Part shown: positions 60,102-64,000 of the stretch, in pieces | Layout of the letters: each line of letters opens with the position of its first letter | How positions within the stretch are numbered: position 1 is the first letter of the stretch | Assembly (NCBI GenBank): GCA_905201915.1 | Contig: CAJKQE010000005.1 | Coordinates: 4,011 to 68,010 of the forward strand | Length of the DNA: 64,000 bases | Direction: 5' to 3' | Source: an uncultured Lachnospiraceae bacterium | GTDB taxonomy: Bacteria > Bacillota > Clostridia > Lachnospirales > Lachnospiraceae | Program-made: the position numbers and the translations under genes | The notes under the pieces: generated by a model | Told to the model about the DNA's origin: nothing | Database searches by the model: none | Seen by the model: only the letters and a program-made list of their open reading frames with translations

Positions 60102-60815
60102 ATGGATGATATCCTTGCCCTTATCGGGCGTGCACACCAGGGAGATAAGAGCGCAAGAGATATACTTACAGAAAAAAATATGGGGCTGGTACATAGTATT
60201 GCCAGAAGATTTCAAAACAGAGGGGCTGAGCTGGAGGATTTGATACAGATAGGCTGTATTGGACTTTTAAAAGCTATAGACAAGTTTGATTTAAGCTATG
60301 AAGTGAGATTTTCTACCTATGCAGTACCCATGATAACAGGAGAAATCAAGCGTTTTTTAAGGGATGACGGCATGGTAAAAGTAAGTCGTTCTTTAAAAGA
60401 AGCTGCAGGGAAAGCTTATGCAATAAGAGAAGAACTGTTGATGAAAACAGGGCAGGAGCCATCTATGGAGGAAATTGCAAAGGAATTGTCTGTGTCAAAA
60501 GAAGAAATGATTATGGCAATGGAGTCCTCTGTTCAGGTAGAGTCTTTACAAAAAACCATTTATCAAAGTGACGGCAGCGATATTGCTTTGGAGGATAAAC
60601 TGCCTTATGAAAAGGATGAACAGGAAGAGGTTTTAGATAAGCTTCTTTTGGAAGATATTCTGGGAAGTCTGAATGCCAGAGAAAGGGAATTGATTTATTT
60701 GCGCTTTTTTAAAGAGAAAACCCAAACCAGCATAGCAAAAAGAATGGGAATGTCTCAGGTACAGGTTTCCAGATTGGAAAAGAAAATTTTAAAGGCGCTC
60801 AGAGAACGGATATAA
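60102..60815 (+). CDS. sigF: RNA polymerase sporulation sigma factor SigF
   Basis: FSTYAVPMITGEIKRFLRDDG, SQVQVSRLEKKIL; third gene of spoIIA. Confidence 0.93.
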   Translation: MDDILALIGRAHQGDKSARDILTEKNMGLVHSIARRFQNRGAELEDLIQIGCIGLLKAIDKFDLSYEVRFSTYAVPMITGEIKRFLRDDGMVKVSRSLKEAAGKAYAIREELLMKTGQEPSMEEIAKELSVSKEEMIMAMESSVQVESLQKTIYQSDGSDIALEDKLPYEKDEQEEVLDKLLLEDILGSLNARERELIYLRFFKEKTQTSIAKRMGMSQVQVSRLEKKILKALRERI

Positions 60816-60864
60816 GTAGAAAGTTTGGACATAATACTCCTTAATAATGTAAGGAGGTTGTCAG

Positions 60865-61497
60865 ATGAGTGAAATTTTGTATATACAGACGGAGAAAAAT
60901 GTAGAAGTACAAAGTCCTGAAATATATTTACAGGATGTGGCAAAGCTTACATGCAATGACAATAAAGTGTTAAACAGAAATAAAGTAAGAAAGGTTTTTT
61001 CTATTCCCAATGGGGCACCGGGAAGGTATGTGATTTCTGCGGTGGATTTAGTTCATGCAGTGGCAAAAGAAGAACCTAATGTGGACATTACCCATATCGG
61101 GGAGGCAAATCTTGTTGTTACTTACGAGAAAGCAAAGCATCAACAAAAATGGTATAGCTGGTTAAAGACCTTATTGGTCTGTGTGCTGACTTTTTTTGGA
61201 GGTGCTTTTTCTATTATGACTTTTAACACGGATGTGGATACTGCTAATTTATTTTCTAAGATTTATACACAGTTTACCGGTGAAATAGCGTCAGGCCCTA
61301 CAATTCTAGAATTTACTTATTCTGTTGGGATTGGAATTGGAGTTATTTTTTTCTTTAACCATTTTGGAAAAGGAAAGCTTACGCAAGATCCAACGCCGGT
61401 GGAAGTGCAGATGCGGTTGTATGAGGATGATGTAAACAAAACCTTGATTGCAGACAAAAATCGTAGCAAAAAAATACAGAAAGGGGAAAAATTTTAA
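60865..61497 (+). CDS. spoVAA: Stage V sporulation protein AA
   Basis: FFGGAFSIMTFN, FFNHF, DPTPVEVQMRLYE. Confidence 0.9.
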   Translation: MSEILYIQTEKNVEVQSPEIYLQDVAKLTCNDNKVLNRNKVRKVFSIPNGAPGRYVISAVDLVHAVAKEEPNVDITHIGEANLVVTYEKAKHQQKWYSWLKTLLVCVLTFFGGAFSIMTFNTDVDTANLFSKIYTQFTGEIASGPTILEFTYSVGIGIGVIFFFNHFGKGKLTQDPTPVEVQMRLYEDDVNKTLIADKNRSKKIQKGEKF

Positions 61498-61910
61498 TGT
61501 GGCAGGGAGAAATTCTGGCAGGGATTGCAGGTATCTGCGGCGGAGCAGTGGTTGCAGTGGCGCTGGCAGCATTTATTATAGAGCTGGGAATTATTCCTCG
61601 TTTTGCAGGGATTACTCATACAGCAGACCATATTTTTTTATACGAAAATTGTCTGATGTTGGGAAGCTTTCTGGGAAATCTGGTTTATATTTATCATTTG
61701 TTTGCTCCTTTGGGAAAAATTTTTGCAGGTGTTACAGGACTTTTCTTTGGAATTTTTTTAGGGTGCTGGATTATTGCTCTTGTAGAAGTTATAAATGTAT
61801 TTGCTGTTATGGCGAGACGATTGGGACTAAAGAAAGGGATTGGATGGATTGTAATCTGTATTGCAATGGGGAAAATGCTGGGGAGTCTTTTTCAATTTTT
61901 TGTTGCATAA
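61497..61910 (+). CDS. spoVAB: Stage V sporulation protein AB
   Basis: LGIIPRFA, GIFLGC..ALVEVINVF, GKMLGSL. Confidence 0.9.
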   Translation: MWQGEILAGIAGICGGAVVAVALAAFIIELGIIPRFAGITHTADHIFLYENCLMLGSFLGNLVYIYHLFAPLGKIFAGVTGLFFGIFLGCWIIALVEVINVFAVMARRLGLKKGIGWIVICIAMGKMLGSLFQFFVA

Positions 61911-61914
61911 GATT

Positions 61915-62078
61915 AAGGACTTTTCCCCAATATAGGCTCATACATCCTATTGCCAAACTCGTACTGACGCACTCAAACACGGCTTCCAAAACATCGTTAT
62001 GCTCGAAAAACTGCGAAAATGTTCCGATTGTTTGGCAATGGGATATTGAGTCTATATTTGAGGAAAAGTTTCATCTAT
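61915..62078. mobile_element. Hairpin element family A, copy 3, flanked by 12-bp direct repeat (MITE/REP-like insertion)
   Basis: Core 61952-62020; TTGCATAAGATT at 61903-61914 and 62079-62090. Confidence 0.65.
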
Positions 62079-62080
62079 TT

Positions 62081-62110
62081 GCATAAGATTGGAATATACT
62101 CCGCATAATA
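62081..62110 (+). promoter_or_regulatory. Sigma-G-type promoter for spoVAC-AD-AE
   Basis: GCATA-N18-CATAATA. Confidence 0.6.
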
Positions 62111-62133
62111 GGCTTAAAGGTGGTGAATGGGAA

Positions 62134-62580
62134 ATGGATGCAAAGCAATATGAAAAATATGTAGAGGAAAAGACACCAACACATAATTTATTTTTGAATA
62201 TGTTGGGAGCTTTTATAAGTGGAGGCATTATTTGTACTATTGGACAAGTGATTTTAAATATCTGTGAGAATATGGGGCTGGATAAAGAAATCAGCGGCAG
62301 TTGGACTTCCTTGCTTTTAATTTTGTTCAGTGTAGTTCTTACAGGATTTAATATTTATCCGAAACTGGCGAAATGGGGTGGTGCAGGGACTTTAGTTCCG
62401 ATTACGGGTTTTGCCAATTCTGTGGCGGCGCCTGCTATTGAATATCAGAAGGAAGGACAGGTTTTTGGAATTGGATGTAAAATCTTTATTATAGCCGGAC
62501 CTGTTATTTTATACGGAGTTTTAACATCTTCCCTGTTAGGATTGATTTATTACTTTTTGCATATATGGGGGATTGTGTAA
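62134..62580 (+). CDS. spoVAC: Stage V sporulation protein AC
   Basis: AFISGGIICTIGQ, GAGTLVPITGFANS, AGPVILYG. Confidence 0.93.
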   Translation: MDAKQYEKYVEEKTPTHNLFLNMLGAFISGGIICTIGQVILNICENMGLDKEISGSWTSLLLILFSVVLTGFNIYPKLAKWGGAGTLVPITGFANSVAAPAIEYQKEGQVFGIGCKIFIIAGPVILYGVLTSSLLGLIYYFLHIWGIV

Positions 62581-63593
62581 TGGAGCAGATGATAGGAAAA
62601 CAGAGTATACAATTTCAGCAGGCTGCCCATATATTAAGTGCAGCATCTATTGTAGGAAAAAAAGAGGGAGACGGGCCTCTTGGCAAATATTTTGATAAGG
62701 TAGGAGAGGAAGATGGTCTCTTTGGATGTACTTCATGGGAAGAGGCGGAAAGTAATCTGCAAAAAGAAGCGGTCTCTATGGCGATTGAAAAAGCAGGTAT
62801 TGAAAAATGGCAGCTTCGTATGATTTATGCAGGAGATTTGCTGGCGCAGACCATAGCTTCTTCTTTTGGAATTATGGGTTTTGATACACCCATATATGGA
62901 CTTTATGGAGCTTGTTCTACTATGGGCGAGGCACTTTCTCTTTCCGCAATGGCAGTTTCAGGAGGATATGCGCCTTATGTGGCAGCAGTTACGTCCAGTC
63001 ATTTTGGAAGCGCAGAAAAAGAGTTCCGATTTCCTTTAGGATATGGAAATCAGAGACCATTATCAGCTACATGGACGGTAACGGGAAGTGGCGCCTGTAT
63101 TTTAGGTACCAAGGGCGGGAAAGCCAGAATTGCCGGAATTACAACAGGAAAAATTGTAGATTATGGATTTAAAGACTCTTTGAACATGGGAGCCTGTATG
63201 GCGCCGGCTGCCTGCGATACGATTTATCAAAATCTTATGGATTTTAATCGTTTGCCTGAGGATTATGACAGAATTATTACCGGTGACTTAGGAGAGGTAG
63301 GACAAAGAATTCTTTTTGATTTAATGAAAGAAAAGGGATTTAACATTGAAAAACAACATTTGGATTGCGGTATAGAAATTTTTGATTCAAATACGCAGGA
63401 CACGCATGCTGGAGGAAGCGGTTGCGGTTGTGCAGCAGTTACCTTTGCTTCTTATATTCTTCCGAAAATAGAAAAAGGAGAGTGGAAGCGAATTTTATTT
63501 GTGCCTACGGGAGCGTTGCTTTCCAAAGTTAGTTACAATGAAGGAAAAAGTGTGCCGGGCATTGCTCAGGCAGTGATTATTGAACATTGTTAG
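62580..63593 (+). CDS. spoVAD: Stage V sporulation protein AD
   Basis: GKKEGDGPL, GLYGACST, WTVTGSG, TGDLG, AGGSGCGC. Confidence 0.95.
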   Translation: MEQMIGKQSIQFQQAAHILSAASIVGKKEGDGPLGKYFDKVGEEDGLFGCTSWEEAESNLQKEAVSMAIEKAGIEKWQLRMIYAGDLLAQTIASSFGIMGFDTPIYGLYGACSTMGEALSLSAMAVSGGYAPYVAAVTSSHFGSAEKEFRFPLGYGNQRPLSATWTVTGSGACILGTKGGKARIAGITTGKIVDYGFKDSLNMGACMAPAACDTIYQNLMDFNRLPEDYDRIITGDLGEVGQRILFDLMKEKGFNIEKQHLDCGIEIFDSNTQDTHAGGSGCGCAAVTFASYILPKIEKGEWKRILFVPTGALLSKVSYNEGKSVPGIAQAVIIEHC

Positions 63594-63604
63594 GAGAAAG
63601 AACC

Positions 63605-63961
63605 ATGGAATATATCAATGCATTTTGGGTAGGAGGATTGATTTGTGCGCTGGTACAGATATTATTGGAAAAGACAAAGCTTTTGCCTGGAAGGGTAATG
63701 GTTTTGCTGGTGTGCACAGGAGCTGTATTGGGAAGCTTTGGTATTTATGATCAATTAATTGATTTTGCCGGAGCAGGAGCGAGTGTCCCTTTATTGGGAT
63801 TTGGGAATACATTGTTTAAGGGTGTGAAAAAGGCAATTCTGGAGCATGGATTTTTGGGCATTTTTATGGGTGGATTTACTGCAAGCGCAGTGGGAATTGC
63901 TGCAGCACTGATTTTTTCCTATCTGGCCAGTTTGATTTTTAAGCCAAAGATGAAAAACTAA
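63605..63961 (+). CDS. spoVAE: Stage V sporulation protein AE
   Basis: AFWVGGLICALVQ, FAGAGASVPLLGFG. Confidence 0.92.
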   Translation: MEYINAFWVGGLICALVQILLEKTKLLPGRVMVLLVCTGAVLGSFGIYDQLIDFAGAGASVPLLGFGNTLFKGVKKAILEHGFLGIFMGGFTASAVGIAAALIFSYLASLIFKPKMKN

Positions 63962-64000
63962 GCTATACTTTTTCATTAATCAATAGTATAATGTTAGTGC

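Noticed and set aside
50479..62020. Family A repeats as a CRISPR array
   Set aside because: Copies are kilobases apart and 69 bp long, with no spacer periodicity and no cas genes
61448..62086. 212-aa ORF overlapping spoVAB and the hairpin element
   Set aside because: Alternative frame of spoVAB running into repeat DNA; no RBS or recognisable domain. ORFs 50378-50584 and 58711-59145 likewise just cross the repeat

Overview
A low-GC Firmicute chromosomal window, most consistent with Lachnospiraceae (Blautia-like; this is an inference from gene content and order). It is mostly core or semi-core genes on the + strand: ABC exporters, a three-subunit xanthine-dehydrogenase-family molybdoenzyme, an APC permease with an M18 aminopeptidase, an NlpC/P60 hydrolase, two two-component/ABC modules (one Bce-like), clpB, an M-box riboswitch with a shortened mgtE, hslO, nadE, addAB, a GH36 alpha-galactosidase, a PadR-DUF1700-DUF4097-PspC operon, T-box-valS, an LTA synthase, folC and the spoIIAA-spoIIAB-sigF-spoVA cluster. 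I saw no rRNA, tRNA, CRISPR array or intact transposase. The most interesting signals are non-coding. (1) A three-copy family of long imperfect hairpin elements shares an ungapped 69-bp core, and one copy is flanked by a 12-bp direct repeat inside the spoVA cluster. (2) A cobalamin riboswitch precedes a structured, ORF-less ~200-nt segment rather than a gene. (3) A leader peptide with mutually exclusive hairpins sits upstream of an MFS exporter. (4) An Rpn-family gene remnant is enclosed by a perfect 16-bp inverted repeat next to an orphan hicB. (5) MgtE lacks its CBS regulatory region. All calls were made by eye; no searches or folding programs were run.
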